64,000 nucleotides of DNA from an uncultured Haloferula sp. (GCA_965652295.1 CBFGTS010000001.1:128001-192000), one strand, 5' to 3'. Positions 10,338 through 21,193 are shown, counted from the first letter of the stretch. A program made the numbers and translations. The notes: generated by a model from the sequence alone, not told the origin.

Positions 10338-10370
10338 GAGGGAACTTTCTGTTGCTGGCGTTCATTGCAG

Positions 10371-10398
10371 GCACCGCCGGGAAACCGGCGGTGCTTTT
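10371..10398 (+). terminator. Intrinsic terminator after the TonB-dependent receptor
   Basis: GCACCGCCGG-GAAA-CCGGCGGTGC-TTTT. Confidence 0.8.
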
Positions 10399-10435
10399 CT
10401 GCGAGCTCTGGCCGGGCTGGACGGCGGGGAAAGTC

Positions 10436-10690
10436 CTATCGGCCCTTCTTCCACCAATCTCCGTCCTTCTCCCACGGCTCGCGGGTCGCGGGGTCGGTTT
10501 TCCCGGCGGGGGCGGGGTCGCTGGATGTTTCGTCCCGGGAAACCTCATCGATGAGGTCCTCGACCTCGCGGTCCCTTTTCGAGCCATGACGGAGGATCGA
10601 AATGAGGAGCCCCAGAACGGTGCCGAGGCTCAGCATGAGGATGGCGATCATCGCCAGCGCGAACCCATCGGCCTCGGTCACGGCGATCAT
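10436..10690 (-). CDS. Small single-pass membrane protein
   Basis: N-terminal hydrophobic helix, acidic tail ending PWEKDGDWWK; starts 5 bp after the GNAT stop. Confidence 0.6.
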   Translation of the reverse strand: MIAVTEADGFALAMIAILMLSLGTVLGLLISILRHGSKRDREVEDLIDEVSRDETSSDPAPAGKTDPATREPWEKDGDWWKKGR

Positions 10691-10695
10691 CGGAC

Positions 10696-11202
10696 TCAGG
10701 CATGCAGGATCCGCCGCATGGGGATCATGTTGGAGTATTCGAAGCCGTACTTGCGGAAGAAGTTCTGCGAGTCGGCCGAGATCTTGTCGGTGAGGAGGGT
10801 GATCCGCTTGAAATCCTTGTTTTGGGCGAAGTCGATCACGTGTTCGACGAGCATACTGCCGTATCCCTGGCCGCGGTGGTCGGGGTGGATGACGACATCT
10901 TCCATGAGGATCACGAAGCCGCCCATGGCGGTGGAAATGGTGAACAGCAGGTTGACCATGCCGACGGTCTGGTGGCCGTTGCGGACGACGAAAATCCGCC
11001 CGCGTGCCGGTTGTTCCAGGATCAGCGCCAGCCCGCGCTCCTGCGCCACCGGATCGGGCTCGAAGTCGCCTTGGAGACGGAAAAGCTCCATCGTCAGCTC
11101 CACCAGCGATGGCAGGTCCTCGATCGTCGCCGTTTCCACGCGAGGGGTGTCGGCAACCGTCAGGGATGACGGGCTGGGGTCCGCGGCTTCTGGCAGGCTC
11201 AT
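10696..11202 (-). CDS. GNAT family N-acetyltransferase
   Basis: MEDVVIHPDHRGQGYGSML acetyl-CoA motif; FFRKYGF. Start chosen at MSLPEA. Confidence 0.88.
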   Translation of the reverse strand: MSLPEAADPSPSSLTVADTPRVETATIEDLPSLVELTMELFRLQGDFEPDPVAQERGLALILEQPARGRIFVVRNGHQTVGMVNLLFTISTAMGGFVILMEDVVIHPDHRGQGYGSMLVEHVIDFAQNKDFKRITLLTDKISADSQNFFRKYGFEYSNMIPMRRILHA

Positions 11203-11291
11203 GTCGGGCAAGCCTTGCATGCTTTGCGCCAAGGGAACATGGATTTCTCGTCTACCGCTGATTTTTTTGGAAAATTGGGGCGACTGACGGA

Positions 11292-11319
11292 TTGACAAGG
11301 GGAGGTCGCCCCCTAGAGT
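11292..11319 (+). promoter_or_regulatory. Sigma70-type promoter of the rpmH operon
   Basis: TTGACA-N16-TAGAGT, about 57 bp upstream of rpmH. Confidence 0.6.
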
Positions 11320-11375
11320 GCCCGCCCGCGCCGGACCGCCCGGGCCGCGAATTTCCGATTCTTTTTTCTCACGCC

Positions 11376-11558
11376 ATGAAACGCACCTATCAACCTTCCA
11401 AGCGTACCCGCAAGCGCCAGCACGGTTTCCGCGCACGCATGGCGACCAAGGCCGGCCGCGACATCATCCGCCGCCGCCGCCAGAAGGGCCGCAAGCGCCT
11501 TCTGCCGAAGGGTGCCGAGCTGAAGTACGAGCGCCACACGACGCAGCACGGGGTGTGA
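11376..11558 (+). CDS. rpmH: 50S ribosomal protein L34 with C-terminal extension
   Basis: [42 protein letters not shown] plus about 17 extra residues. Confidence 0.95.
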   Translation: MKRTYQPSKRTRKRQHGFRARMATKAGRDIIRRRRQKGRKRLLPKGAELKYERHTTQHGV

Positions 11559-11578
11559 TTCACGCCAGCTTCCGGGCC

Positions 11579-11935
11579 ATGCGCCTTCCTCGGAAGCACA
11601 GCATGACCCGTTGGAACGAGTTCCAGCGGGTGAAAAAGGACGGTCGGTCGAAAGCCGGCCGTTTTCTTATTGTCAGCACGCTGGAGGAGCCGGCGCTGCC
11701 GCACCTGATGACGGGCTACATCACGACGCGGAAGGTGGGCAAGGCGCACGAGCGCAACCGGCTCCGCCGCCAGCTCCGCGCCATCGTTTCCCGGCACGGC
11801 GGACGGCTGGAGAATCCGCTCCGCTATCTGGTGACCATTCCTCGTCAGGGAGCGGTCGAGTGCGGGTTCGCCGAGCTGGAAAAGGACTGGCTGAAGCAGG
11901 CGCGGCGGCTGGGTTTGCTGTGCGAGGACCGATGA
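11579..11935 (+). CDS. rnpA: Ribonuclease P protein component
   Basis: RKVGKAHERNRLRRQLR RNR motif; lies between rpmH and yidD. Confidence 0.9.
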   Translation: MRLPRKHSMTRWNEFQRVKKDGRSKAGRFLIVSTLEEPALPHLMTGYITTRKVGKAHERNRLRRQLRAIVSRHGGRLENPLRYLVTIPRQGAVECGFAELEKDWLKQARRLGLLCEDR

Positions 11936-12222
11936 ACCGCCTCGTTTCCATGCTGATCCGGGTGGCCATCCGCGGTTACCAGAAGTTCCTTAATCCGGTG
12001 CTCCATGCGCTGGGCGGCCCGTTGACGGGCTGCCGCTTCCAGCCGAGCTGCTCGAACTATTTTCTCCAGGCTGTGGAAACCCATGGACCATGGAAAGGCT
12101 CGTGGCTGGGGCTGTGCCGGATTTTCCGCTGTCATCCATGGGGTGGGCATGGTTATGACCCCGTCCCGCCGCGCCGGGGTGCGGACGTCGAAGAATCCGA
12201 AACGCCCTGTCGCCACCTGTAA
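11932..12222 (+). CDS. yidD: Membrane protein insertion efficiency factor
   Basis: CRFQPSCSNY..RIFRCHPWGGHGYDPVP. Confidence 0.93.
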   Translation: MNRLVSMLIRVAIRGYQKFLNPVLHALGGPLTGCRFQPSCSNYFLQAVETHGPWKGSWLGLCRIFRCHPWGGHGYDPVPPRRGADVEESETPCRHL

Positions 12223-12236
12223 TCCCTTTCCCCATC

Positions 12237-14126
12237 ATGTACGACCGCAAGACCTGGATCGTCGTCATCGCCTGCAGCATCCTGCTCGCGGTGAACCTGT
12301 ATTTCGGCAACAAGAATGCCGAGGCCGCCCGTCAGCAACAGGCACAGGAAGCCGCCGCCCGGCCCGCGGAGCCCGCGGGTGAGGAGCCGGGAGTGCTGAA
12401 AGAGGTGGATCCCCAGCCGAGCGAAGCCCGCCAGACCTACGAGCTGGCGTCCAGCGAGGCGAAGTTCACTTTCAGCTCGCTGGGCGGTAGCCTGATGAGC
12501 GCGGAACTGCTGGATTACCCGGCGGTGAAGGACGCCGGCCACATGGTCACGCTCAATGGTGGCGGTTCCTATGGCATCGGCACGATCTGCCAGGGGGCGG
12601 ACGCCTTTGAGCACGTCAACTACGCGCTGCTCGAAGACCAGTCGGAGACGGGTCGGAAGCTGGTTTTCGGCGCACGCCATCCGTCCGGGCTGCTGGTCCG
12701 CAAGACCTGGGAACTGGTCGCCGCCGAGCCCGGCGCAAGCGCCACTGAGGAAGAACGGGAGGAGTCTGCCGGTGCGCCATTTCTCCTGAGCTTCACGCTG
12801 GAGGTGAAGAATCCGGACGATGCCCAGGCGCAGGTGGCGCTGGAGTCGCTCAGCCTCTATCTCGGCCGCGCCCAGCCGCTGCAGAAGGGTGAGAACCGCA
12901 TCAACCCGGCCACCCTGACCTGGCTCGACGGCAGCGAGGTCGAGAAAATCAAATCCGGTTCCTTTCGTGGCGGAATGTTCGGCAGCGCGAAGAGCCTGAT
13001 TTCCAAATCGGTGGACGAGCTCGAATTCGCCAGCGTTTCCAGCCAGTTCTTTTCCACCGTCCTCAAACCCGCGGAGGCCTACACCGCCAACGTCTGGGCG
13101 AAGACCGCGGAGGTCGAGGTGCCGGACGTCGAGGAAAAGGAGCTGGCGATCCGCGGGGGCGTCACCCTCCCGTCGGCCGGGCTGGCACCGGGGCAGGGGA
13201 AAACCGTGAGCTACACGGTTTTCACCGGCCCCAAGGACAACCGCATGCTGCGCCGGATGGGCGGAGACTGGGGCGAGGTGATGGATTACGGCTGGCCGAT
13301 CTTCCGCTGGCCCGCCCGTTTCATGAATTTCCTGCTCGTCCACGTCCACGACCTCGTCTCGAAGGTCTCCGACAAGTGGTCCTGGGGCTTCGCGGTGATC
13401 CTCGTCACCATCCTCGTCCGAGCCTTGATGTGGCCGCTCTACGCGCGCTCGAACCGGACGATGAAGCGCATGTCCAAGCTCAAGCCGGAGATGGACAAGC
13501 TGAAGGAAAAGTATCCGGACGATCCCGCCAAGCAGCAGCAGGAGATCATGATGCTCTACCGCAAGTTCGGCATCAATCCGGTCGGCGGTTGCCTGCCGAT
13601 GTTCGCGCAGATCCCGATTTTCTTCGGCTTCTTCCGCATGCTCCAGCACGCCGTGGAAATGCGCGGTCACGGGTTCCTGTGGGTCGATGATCTTTCGATG
13701 CCGGATACGATCGCCGTGGTCGCCGGCATCCCGATCAACATCCTGCCGATCGTGATGGGTCTGACCAGTTTCTGGCAGATGCACTTGATGCCCACCACCG
13801 GCGGCGACAAGACGCAGCAGATGGTCATGAAGTTCATGCCCATCATGTTCCTCTTCTTCTGTTACAACTACGCCTCGGCGCTCGCGCTTTACTGGACGAC
13901 CTCGAACCTGTTCTCGATCGTCCAGACCTGGATCACGCAGCGCATGCCGGAACCGGAGTTGAAAGAAAAGCCAGGCCGGAAGGGCGGGAAGTCGTTCATG
14001 GAGCGCATGGCTGCGGCCGCCGAGGAGGCGCAAAAGCAACAGAAGTTGAAACAGGCCAAAGGCCGCGTGGTGGATCCCGGAAGCGACAAGCCTTCCAAGC
14101 CCCGTGGTCCCCGCACGGGTGGCTGA
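12237..14126 (+). CDS. yidC: Membrane protein insertase YidC
   Basis: WGFAVILVTILVR..NPVGGCLPMFAQIPIF..FLWVDDLSMPD..ALALYWTTSNLFSIVQ. Confidence 0.95.
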   Translation: MYDRKTWIVVIACSILLAVNLYFGNKNAEAARQQQAQEAAARPAEPAGEEPGVLKEVDPQPSEARQTYELASSEAKFTFSSLGGSLMSAELLDYPAVKDAGHMVTLNGGGSYGIGTICQGADAFEHVNYALLEDQSETGRKLVFGARHPSGLLVRKTWELVAAEPGASATEEEREESAGAPFLLSFTLEVKNPDDAQAQVALESLSLYLGRAQPLQKGENRINPATLTWLDGSEVEKIKSGSFRGGMFGSAKSLISKSVDELEFASVSSQFFSTVLKPAEAYTANVWAKTAEVEVPDVEEKELAIRGGVTLPSAGLAPGQGKTVSYTVFTGPKDNRMLRRMGGDWGEVMDYGWPIFRWPARFMNFLLVHVHDLVSKVSDKWSWGFAVILVTILVRALMWPLYARSNRTMKRMSKLKPEMDKLKEKYPDDPAKQQQEIMMLYRKFGINPVGGCLPMFAQIPIFFGFFRMLQHAVEMRGHGFLWVDDLSMPDTIAVVAGIPINILPIVMGLTSFWQMHLMPTTGGDKTQQMVMKFMPIMFLFFCYNYASALALYWTTSNLFSIVQTWITQRMPEPELKEKPGRKGGKSFMERMAAAAEEAQKQQKLKQAKGRVVDPGSDKPSKPRGPRTGG

Positions 14127-14324
14127 TTTTCCTCGCGAGGACCGCCGGACGGGGGCGATTCAGCCGTCCTCTTCGTCAGGTCCGTTCGGGTTTCTGCCAA
14201 CGACTCCATTCGGAAGCGGCGAGCGGGTGAACCCGTGGGGCCTCGAAGTGTCCTCTCGAACTGACGACGTAGCCTCTCTCCGTCCGGCTGTTGATGTCCG
14301 CCGCTTCTTCTGGGCTTCGGAGCT

Positions 14325-14945
14325 TCACGGAACAGGCTTGCCGACAATCCGGAGTTCCCGGAACTCGCCGGTGTCGTCGAACGACCCGAGCCCGATCCGC
14401 CCCGCCCCGAGCGCGTCGTCCTTCGCGGTCAGGACCTGCTCGCCATCAAAAAACACGGTGATGCTCGGACCCTCGCGGACCAGCTTCACCGCGTGCCAGC
14501 GGCCCTTCTTCCACGGCAACGAATCGGCGCGGTGGGCCGTGATCGCTTCCCGCGGCCCGTCGTTCACCCGGTGGAGATGCAGGTGCACCTCGTCGGCCGT
14601 TTCGCCCAGGTGCGCATAGTAGAAATGCCGCTCGTCGGTGCCGGCGAAGGCGATGCACAGGTCGTTGTTACCCTCGTTGAAGGTGGTCAGGCGCACCTCC
14701 ACCTCCAGCATGAAGTCCTTCCACCTCGCGTCCTCGAACCAGATCAGGTTCCGCGGCCGCCGGACCGGAGGCTCCCAGTCCGACTGACCTTTCAGCGTGA
14801 CCTCCGGCCCCGGCGACCATTTCCAGACCTTCGGATCCGGAGCCTGCCACGCGTCTTGGCGTTTCAGCGGGAAATGAACGTCGGCCTCCGAGGCAGCGAC
14901 CGCCCCCGCCAGAGTGATGGAAACGAGTAGGATGGATGATTTCAT
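14325..14945 (-). CDS. Secreted DUF1080/ConA-like beta-sandwich protein
   Basis: Signal peptide; WKDFMLEVEV, WHAVKLVREG..VFFDG, GRIGLGSFDD..FRELRI pattern. Confidence 0.65.
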   Translation of the reverse strand: MKSSILLVSITLAGAVAASEADVHFPLKRQDAWQAPDPKVWKWSPGPEVTLKGQSDWEPPVRRPRNLIWFEDARWKDFMLEVEVRLTTFNEGNNDLCIAFAGTDERHFYYAHLGETADEVHLHLHRVNDGPREAITAHRADSLPWKKGRWHAVKLVREGPSITVFFDGEQVLTAKDDALGAGRIGLGSFDDTGEFRELRIVGKPVP

Positions 14946-15027
14946 GAGGCCAGCTTGTCCCCGTTGCCGCTCTTCGTCACGCCGCGATACGCGCATTCCG
15001 GGTCGTTTGAGGAATGCGTGAGGTTTT

Positions 15028-15043
15028 TGGTATGGATGGTGCT
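15028..15043 (+). promoter_or_regulatory. Putative sigma54 (-24/-12) promoter of the ABC-glnT cluster
   Basis: TGGTATGGATGGTGCT with exact GG-N10-GC spacing, 63 bp before the SBP start. Confidence 0.55.
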
Positions 15044-15106
15044 TTCACCAGTATGAAGTTGGCGTGAAAAGTTCATACCGCCGACGAAATCCCGAACTGC
15101 CAGCCA

Positions 15107-16093
15107 ATGAAAACATCCTCACGATTCCTGTCGGCCCTGCTGGGTCTTTCCGCCGCGGCCGGGCCGCTTTCCGCCGAGCCCCTGAAGATCGCTTATTCCG
15201 ATTGGCCCGGCTGGGTCGCGTGGGAAATCGGCATCCAGAAAGGTTGGTTCAAAGAGGAGGGCGTCGAGGTCGATTTCCAATGGTTCGACTACGTCCCCTC
15301 AATGGATGCCTACGTCGCCGGCAAGGTCGATGCCGTCACCATGACCAATGGCGACGCCCTTGTCACCGGTGCGACCGGCAAGCCCTCCGTCGGCATCATC
15401 ATCAACGACTTCTCGAACGGCAACGACATGATCGTCGCCGCACCGGGGATCGAGTCGGTGAAAGACCTCAAGGGAAAGAAGGTCGGTCTGGAGGAGGGCT
15501 TCGTTTCCCACCTCCTGCTGCTCACCGGCTTGGAGAAGAACGGGATCTCGCCGGACGACGTGACTCTCGTCAACACCCCCACCAACGAGACCCCGCAGGT
15601 GCTCGCCTCCAAGGCGGTCGATGCCATCGGTGCCTGGCAGCCGAATTCCGGCCAGGCCCTCAAGGCGGTTCCCGGATCGAAGCCGGTTTTCACCTCCGCC
15701 GACGCCCCCGGCATCATCTACGACCTGCTCTACGTCTCCGCCGAGAGTCTCGAGAAGAACAAGGAGGACTGGGCGAAGGTCGTGAAAGTCTGGTACCGCA
15801 TCGCCGACTACATCCGCGATGAGGAGAACCTCGACGACGCCCTCAAGATCCTTTCCAACCGCGTGAAGATCACTCCCGAAGAATACGAACCCTTCCTCAA
15901 GGGCACCTACATCCTGACGCTCGATGAGGCCCTGGAGCGTTGGAAGAAGGCGGACGGACTCGGCAGCGTCTATGGCTCCTCGAAGGTCGTCGATGACTTC
16001 AACGTGAAGTTCGGCGTCTACGAAAAGCCCTTGGACGTGGACAAGTACCTCGACCCCTCCTTCACCGCGGCCCTCGCGGAAAAGAAGGACTGA
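15107..16093 (+). CDS. ABC transporter substrate-binding protein (NitT/TauT, NMT1-like)
   Basis: Signal peptide; [33 protein letters not shown] motifs. Confidence 0.88.
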   Translation: MKTSSRFLSALLGLSAAAGPLSAEPLKIAYSDWPGWVAWEIGIQKGWFKEEGVEVDFQWFDYVPSMDAYVAGKVDAVTMTNGDALVTGATGKPSVGIIINDFSNGNDMIVAAPGIESVKDLKGKKVGLEEGFVSHLLLLTGLEKNGISPDDVTLVNTPTNETPQVLASKAVDAIGAWQPNSGQALKAVPGSKPVFTSADAPGIIYDLLYVSAESLEKNKEDWAKVVKVWYRIADYIRDEENLDDALKILSNRVKITPEEYEPFLKGTYILTLDEALERWKKADGLGSVYGSSKVVDDFNVKFGVYEKPLDVDKYLDPSFTAALAEKKD

Positions 16094-16117
16094 GGTTCCC
16101 GTAGCAGCCATCCCGAT

Positions 16118-16141
16118 CCCGCCCTCCACCGCGGAGGGCGG
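16118..16141 (+). promoter_or_regulatory. Intergenic stem-loop after the SBP gene (mRNA stabiliser or partial terminator)
   Basis: CCGCCCTCC-ACCGC-GGAGGGCGG, with no U-tract. Confidence 0.45.
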
Positions 16142-16158
16142 TCCCACGCACCGCGCCC

Positions 16159-17568
16159 ATGACCCGCCCCGGCATTCTGAGAAACTGGTTCCTGATCCGC
16201 CGCGATCTTCCGCACGGACGACGCCTGTTTCTGTCGATCGTATCCTTCCTGCTGCCGCTGCTGGTGTGGGCCGTTGTTTCCTACGTCCCATGGATCTGGC
16301 ATCCGGACGTGAAGATCCGGATCTCCGCCGAACGCGAGGGCGTGACCACCGTCTTCACCTCCGGCGACCACGTGAGCCGTGGCTTTTTCCCCGAGTTCGT
16401 CGGAGCCGTGCGGCAGGAAAATGAGGCGCTGCTCGCGGCCCGCGAGGCCGGGACGGTGGAGGCGGGCGTGAAACGCAAGAACCAGAAACTGCTGCGCCAG
16501 CTCGCCCCGGTTGCCATCGATCACGGCTGGCTGCCTTACACCGAGGCCCAGAACGACGCCGTGCTCTACGGCATCTGGCGTGACCTCGCCACCGGCGCGA
16601 AGGTGGCCACCGACCCCGCCCTCACCGCGGAGAATCTCGGCATCGTCAAAGACAACTGGGCGCGGCTATCCGCGCTTTCCCCCGAGTTCTCGTATCGTGC
16701 GCTGCCCGACGAACCACTGCTCAAGCTCGTCCCGCAGGGCGATCCCGCGAATCCCGTTTACCTACCCGCGCCGCACGAGGTGGTGAAGGCCGGCTTCCGC
16801 GATTTCACCGCCGAAGTGCCGGAGGGCGAGCCTTCCATGGGTCAGCGCTACCGGCACTCGCTGCGGGTCATCCTGGTCGGATTCCTCTGGTCCTGCATCA
16901 TCGGCATTCCGCTCGGCATCCTCTGCGGCGTGTTCGATTTCTTCTCGAAGCTCTTCGAGCCCTTCGTTGACTTCTTCCGCTACATGCCGGCTCCGACTTT
17001 CAGCACGCTGCTGGTCGCCGTGCTGCTCGCGGGCGATGCCCCCAAGGTCGCGCTGGTCTTCATCGGCACCGTCTTCCAGATGATCCTCGTGGTTTCGAAA
17101 ACCACCAAATTGCTGGATCCGTCGTTGCTCGAAGCCGCGCAAACACTCGGTGCCAAGCCGGGTCAGATGGTCACCCGCGTGGTGATCCCCGGCATCCTGC
17201 CGAATCTCTACAACGATCTCCGCATCCTCCTCGGCTGGGCCTGGACCTGGCTGGTCATCGCCGAGCTCATCGGCGTGAAAAGCGGCCTCACCGAGTTCAT
17301 CGAAACCCAGGGACGCTTCCGGAATTTCGAGCGCGTGTTTCCCGTAATCATCCTCATCGGCGTCACCGGCTTTACGACCGATCAGATCCTCTCCTGGCTC
17401 CACGGCGTGCTTTTCCCCTGGGCGGGGAAATCCGGAAAGCTCTCCCGCGCCGTGGCCGATGCCGTGATGTGGCCGGTCCGCACCGTCGCCGCCGGAGCCC
17501 GTGAAAGGATCGCCGCCGATGAGGCCGACCGCGAACTCCGCCGCCGCAGCCGCCCTGCCAACCCCTGA
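16159..17568 (+). CDS. ABC transporter permease (NitT/TauT) with a large N-terminal loop insertion
   Basis: [20 protein letters not shown] motif; [13 protein letters not shown]. Confidence 0.88.
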   Translation: MTRPGILRNWFLIRRDLPHGRRLFLSIVSFLLPLLVWAVVSYVPWIWHPDVKIRISAEREGVTTVFTSGDHVSRGFFPEFVGAVRQENEALLAAREAGTVEAGVKRKNQKLLRQLAPVAIDHGWLPYTEAQNDAVLYGIWRDLATGAKVATDPALTAENLGIVKDNWARLSALSPEFSYRALPDEPLLKLVPQGDPANPVYLPAPHEVVKAGFRDFTAEVPEGEPSMGQRYRHSLRVILVGFLWSCIIGIPLGILCGVFDFFSKLFEPFVDFFRYMPAPTFSTLLVAVLLAGDAPKVALVFIGTVFQMILVVSKTTKLLDPSLLEAAQTLGAKPGQMVTRVVIPGILPNLYNDLRILLGWAWTWLVIAELIGVKSGLTEFIETQGRFRNFERVFPVIILIGVTGFTTDQILSWLHGVLFPWAGKSGKLSRAVADAVMWPVRTVAAGARERIAADEADRELRRRSRPANP

Positions 17569-17579
17569 TTTCCGCACCC

Positions 17580-18476
17580 ATGACCGCCAGCTCCGCCCTT
17601 CCCGATTACCGCGAGATGACGCCGGAAACCGCCTCTCGTTTCGAGCGACTCATCCAGCGGCCCGTCGCACTCGAAGTGCGCGGACTGACCAAACGCTTCG
17701 ACACGCCCAAGGGCTCGGTCACCGCCTTGGACAACGTTTCCTTCAGCGTCCACAAGCGCGAGTTCGCCTGCGTGATCGGTCCGTCCGGCTGCGGGAAATC
17801 GACCCTCGTCCGCATCCTCGCCGGTCTCGAAACCCCCAGCTCCGGGGAGGTGCTGGTTTATGATAAAGCAGTCGTGGGTCCCGGTCCGGACCGCGGCATG
17901 GTATTCCAGAGTTATACCTTGTTCCCCTGGTTGACGGTGAAGCAGAACGTGATGTTCGGCCCGAAGATGAGCGGCACGCCCGACTTCGCCGCCGAGCGCG
18001 AGGCGCGCCAGTGGATCGAAATGGTCGGCCTCTCGAAGTTCGAGAACGCCTACCCGCACCAGCTTTCAGGCGGGATGAAGCAGCGCGTCGCCATCGCCCG
18101 CGCACTCGCCAACCAGCCGCGCGTTCTCTTCATGGACGAGCCCTTCGGCGCGCTCGATGCCCAGACCCGCTGCCAGATGCAGGAGTATCTTCTGGAGATC
18201 TGGAAAAACGTGGACATCACCATCGTCTTCATCACCCACGACCTCGACGAAGCCGTTTTCCTCTCCGACCGCATTCTCGTGCTCGATGCCAATCCCGGCC
18301 GCGTCCGCGAATTCATCCAGGTTCCCGTGACGCGCCCTCGCGATTCCTCGCAGCTCTTCGATCCGGCCTTCATGGCCACGCGCAAGCACATCGACGAGCT
18401 GATCCACCCGCCCGGCAGCGAGAAAAAGGAAGCCCCCGTCCTCCGCCTCGCCGCGCCCGATCCGGACATTCTCTGA
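17580..18476 (+). CDS. ABC transporter ATP-binding protein (TauB/SsuB-like)
   Basis: [37 protein letters not shown]. Confidence 0.93.
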   Translation: MTASSALPDYREMTPETASRFERLIQRPVALEVRGLTKRFDTPKGSVTALDNVSFSVHKREFACVIGPSGCGKSTLVRILAGLETPSSGEVLVYDKAVVGPGPDRGMVFQSYTLFPWLTVKQNVMFGPKMSGTPDFAAEREARQWIEMVGLSKFENAYPHQLSGGMKQRVAIARALANQPRVLFMDEPFGALDAQTRCQMQEYLLEIWKNVDITIVFITHDLDEAVFLSDRILVLDANPGRVREFIQVPVTRPRDSSQLFDPAFMATRKHIDELIHPPGSEKKEAPVLRLAAPDPDIL

Positions 18477-18540
18477 GCCTGTTTCCGCTTTCTCCGGCAG
18501 CCACTTGGTTTCGCATCTTCATACGAATCGACTCAAACTT

Positions 18541-19914
18541 ATGAACAACCCCGATTTCAATCCCGAGCAAGCCCGCGCGCTCCAGGCTGAGCTGAAGCAG
18601 CAGGGCGTGAAATACTGCGTCGGTGCCTACGTCGACATCCATGGCGTGCCCAAGGGCAAGTTCGTGCCCATCGATCACTTCCTCGATTTCGCCGCGGGCA
18701 GCGAACTCTACACCGGTTATGCCCTCGATGGCCTCGGCCAGCGGCCGAATGACGACGAGATCGCCTCCGTGCCCGACCTCGATGGCTGCATCGTCCTGCC
18801 CTGGAACAAGGAGGTCGCGTGGTTTCCCGCCGACAACACCTTCAAGGGAGAGCCCTACGCCATCAACACCCGCGTCGCCCTCAAGAAGCAACTCGCCAAG
18901 GCCGCCGAGATGGGCTTCGGCATGAACCTCGGCATCGAGTGTGAACTTTATGTGGTGAAATACACCGAGGACGGTCGGCTCGAGATCCCCAACTCCGACG
19001 ATAATCTCGTCAAGGCCTGCTACGACGTGAAGCGCTTCCTCGATCGCTACACCTGGCTCGACAAGGTTTCGACCACCATCAACGACCTCGGCTGGGATCT
19101 CTACTCACTGGATCACGAGGACGCCAACTCGCAGTTCGAGTTCGACTTCAACTATGCCGACGCGCTGACCATGTGCGATCGCTATATCTTCTTCCGTCTG
19201 ATGGCGAAACAGTATGCCGCCGAGGAAGGCCTGCTCGCCACCTTCATGCCGAAGCCCTTCGCCAACCGTACCGGCAGCGGCGCGCACTTCAACATGTCGC
19301 TCTACGACATCCATAGTGGCGAAAATCTCTTCAAGCGATCGCCGGAGGCCGACCCCCGCGGGCTTGGCCTCACCGAGCTGGGCTATCAATTCGTCGCCGG
19401 CATTTTGAAGCACGGCCCGGCCCTCTGCGCCGCCTTCGCCCCCACGGTGAACAGCTACAAGCGCCTCGTCCGCCGCGGACTGATGTCCTACTACTCCTGG
19501 GCACCGGTTTTCAACAGCTACGGCAAGAACAACCGCACCAACTCGGTGCGTGTCCCGATGGCTGGAGGCCGTTGCGAGAGCCGCAACGCCGACGCCGCCT
19601 GCAATCCCTATCTCGCCGCCTCGTTGGTCCTCGCCGCGGGCCTGGAGGGCATCCGCGAGAACCTCGATCCCGGCCCCGCCCAGGAGGCGAACCTCTACGA
19701 ATGGACGCCGGAGCAACTCGCCGGAAAGGGCATCTGCGAGCTGCCCCGAACCCTCGACGAAGCGGTCGCTGCCTTTGCCGCCGATCCTTTCGTCACCGAA
19801 ACCCTCGGCCAAGAACTCCGCGACGAGTTCATCACCTACAAATCCGAGGAATGGCGGCAATACCACCAGCGCGTCAGCCAGTGGGAGATCGATCAATACG
19901 CGCGGCTGTTCTGA
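18541..19914 (+). CDS. glnT: GlnT/GmaS-like glutamate-amine ligase (glutamine synthetase superfamily)
   Basis: [72 protein letters not shown]. Confidence 0.8.
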   Translation: MNNPDFNPEQARALQAELKQQGVKYCVGAYVDIHGVPKGKFVPIDHFLDFAAGSELYTGYALDGLGQRPNDDEIASVPDLDGCIVLPWNKEVAWFPADNTFKGEPYAINTRVALKKQLAKAAEMGFGMNLGIECELYVVKYTEDGRLEIPNSDDNLVKACYDVKRFLDRYTWLDKVSTTINDLGWDLYSLDHEDANSQFEFDFNYADALTMCDRYIFFRLMAKQYAAEEGLLATFMPKPFANRTGSGAHFNMSLYDIHSGENLFKRSPEADPRGLGLTELGYQFVAGILKHGPALCAAFAPTVNSYKRLVRRGLMSYYSWAPVFNSYGKNNRTNSVRVPMAGGRCESRNADAACNPYLAASLVLAAGLEGIRENLDPGPAQEANLYEWTPEQLAGKGICELPRTLDEAVAAFAADPFVTETLGQELRDEFITYKSEEWRQYHQRVSQWEIDQYARLF

Positions 19915-19941
19915 CCCAGACCCACAACCAGATTTGTTGAG

Positions 19942-20730
19942 ATGAACCCCATACGTCTCGAAATGCTGGCCTGGCCTGACCTTGAGGAGCTGCGTGAACT
20001 CCATGGCGGGCTGTTGCTGCTTCCGCTGGGGGCCACGGAACAGCACGGCCCGCATCTGCCGGTAGCGATGGATACGCTGCTCGCGGAAGCGGTCTGCGAT
20101 GCCGCCTCCGCGCGCACCGGCGTGCCGGTGATGCCTGCCTTGCGCTACACCGTTTCGCAAGGGCACACGCCGAAGTGGCCTGGGACCTTCTCCCTGCGGC
20201 ACGAAACCTTCATTGCCACGCTGCGCGAGCTGGCGGCGTGGGCGGTCGCCACGGGCTGGAAGCGGCTGCTGTTGGTCAACACCCACTTTGGCAACGATGC
20301 CCCGGCGCGGGTGGCGATCGATCAACTGCGCCTCTCGTACTTGGGTCGGCTCCAGATCGGGTTGGTCCACGTTTTCGAACTCAGCGACGGAATCTGGTCG
20401 GCCTACGCGGCGGATGCGGACGACCTCCACGCCAACCGGGCCGAGACTTCGTTGATGCTGCACCTGCACCCCGGCCTCGTTCACATGGAGAGGCTGTCCG
20501 GCGCGGACGACCCCGACCGCACACCGGGCACGGTCTTCTCCCACCCGGTCGCACAGACCAGCCTGAACGGCGTGACCGGTCGGCCTTCCGAGGCGACCGC
20601 GGAAGAGGGGAGGGTTCTTTTTGAGGAAATGGTGGCCTCGCTCGTGGAGGTCATCCGTCGCGCTGAAACGGAGGAGCCGCCGTTGCCTCCGGAGCATTGG
20701 GATCATCTACGGGAGGTGCCGTATGAGTGA
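19942..20730 (+). CDS. Creatininase/MftE family amidohydrolase
   Basis: GATEQHGPHLP..D, NTHFGN, HANRAETS metal-binding motifs. Confidence 0.88.
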   Translation: MNPIRLEMLAWPDLEELRELHGGLLLLPLGATEQHGPHLPVAMDTLLAEAVCDAASARTGVPVMPALRYTVSQGHTPKWPGTFSLRHETFIATLRELAAWAVATGWKRLLLVNTHFGNDAPARVAIDQLRLSYLGRLQIGLVHVFELSDGIWSAYAADADDLHANRAETSLMLHLHPGLVHMERLSGADDPDRTPGTVFSHPVAQTSLNGVTGRPSEATAEEGRVLFEEMVASLVEVIRRAETEEPPLPPEHWDHLREVPYE

Positions 20731-21148
20731 GCCGGTGCATCATGGGGGCTGCCTTTGTGGTGCGGTGCGTTACGAGGTCCGTGGTGACGTTCTCCAAACC
20801 AGTCTTTGCCATTGCGAGGACTGCCGGCGCGCCAGCGGTGCACCCGTGGTGGCGTGGACCTTCTTCCCCGGCGGTGCTTTGAGTTGGACTCAGGGGAGCC
20901 CGCGCAAGGTGGAGTTTGCCGACCGCGAGCGCTGGTTCTGCGGCGATTGCGGAAGCCCGCTGCTTTTCGTCGATCCTTCGCTTCCCCAGTTCACCGAGGT
21001 GAACACCTGCTCGCTCGATCGAGCCGGCGCTTTTTCTCCCAGCGATCAATGCTGGACCGCCGACGAGCTTCCCTGGACAAGGCATCTTGGTCATTTGCCG
21101 CGCTTTGAGGGGACATCCCCGGCCCCGGCCCCGGCCCCGGCCACATGA
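20723..21148 (+). CDS. GFA family (glutathione-dependent formaldehyde-activating/CENP-V) Zn protein
   Basis: GGCLCGAVRY..CHCEDCRR..RWFCGDCGSPL. Confidence 0.88.
   Translation: MSEPVHHGGCLCGAVRYEVRGDVLQTSLCHCEDCRRASGAPVVAWTFFPGGALSWTQGSPRKVEFADRERWFCGDCGSPLLFVDPSLPQFTEVNTCSLDRAGAFSPSDQCWTADELPWTRHLGHLPRFEGTSPAPAPAPAT
21117..21140. repeat. (CCCCGG)x4 microsatellite encoding a Pro-Ala tail
   Basis: Seen directly at the 3' end of the GFA gene. Confidence 0.7.
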
Positions 21149-21193
21149 TCACCGGACCAAGCCGGGGTTATGATCGCAAATAAGCAGTCTTCA

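Noticed and set aside
11203..11375. oriC next to rpmH
   Set aside because: No dnaA gene and no TTATCCACA-like box cluster in this short spacer.
14144..14200. GTCAGGTCCG resembling SRP RNA, and CTGACGA resembling a hammerhead core
   Set aside because: The GAAGGAAGCAGC that should follow in SRP RNA is absent, and the GAAA/stem geometry needed for a hammerhead is missing.
14990..15106. Guanidine riboswitch upstream of the NitT/TauT-type ABC transporter
   Set aside because: No guanidine-I consensus and no twin ACGR-loop hairpins are visible. A sigma54-like site explains the region better.
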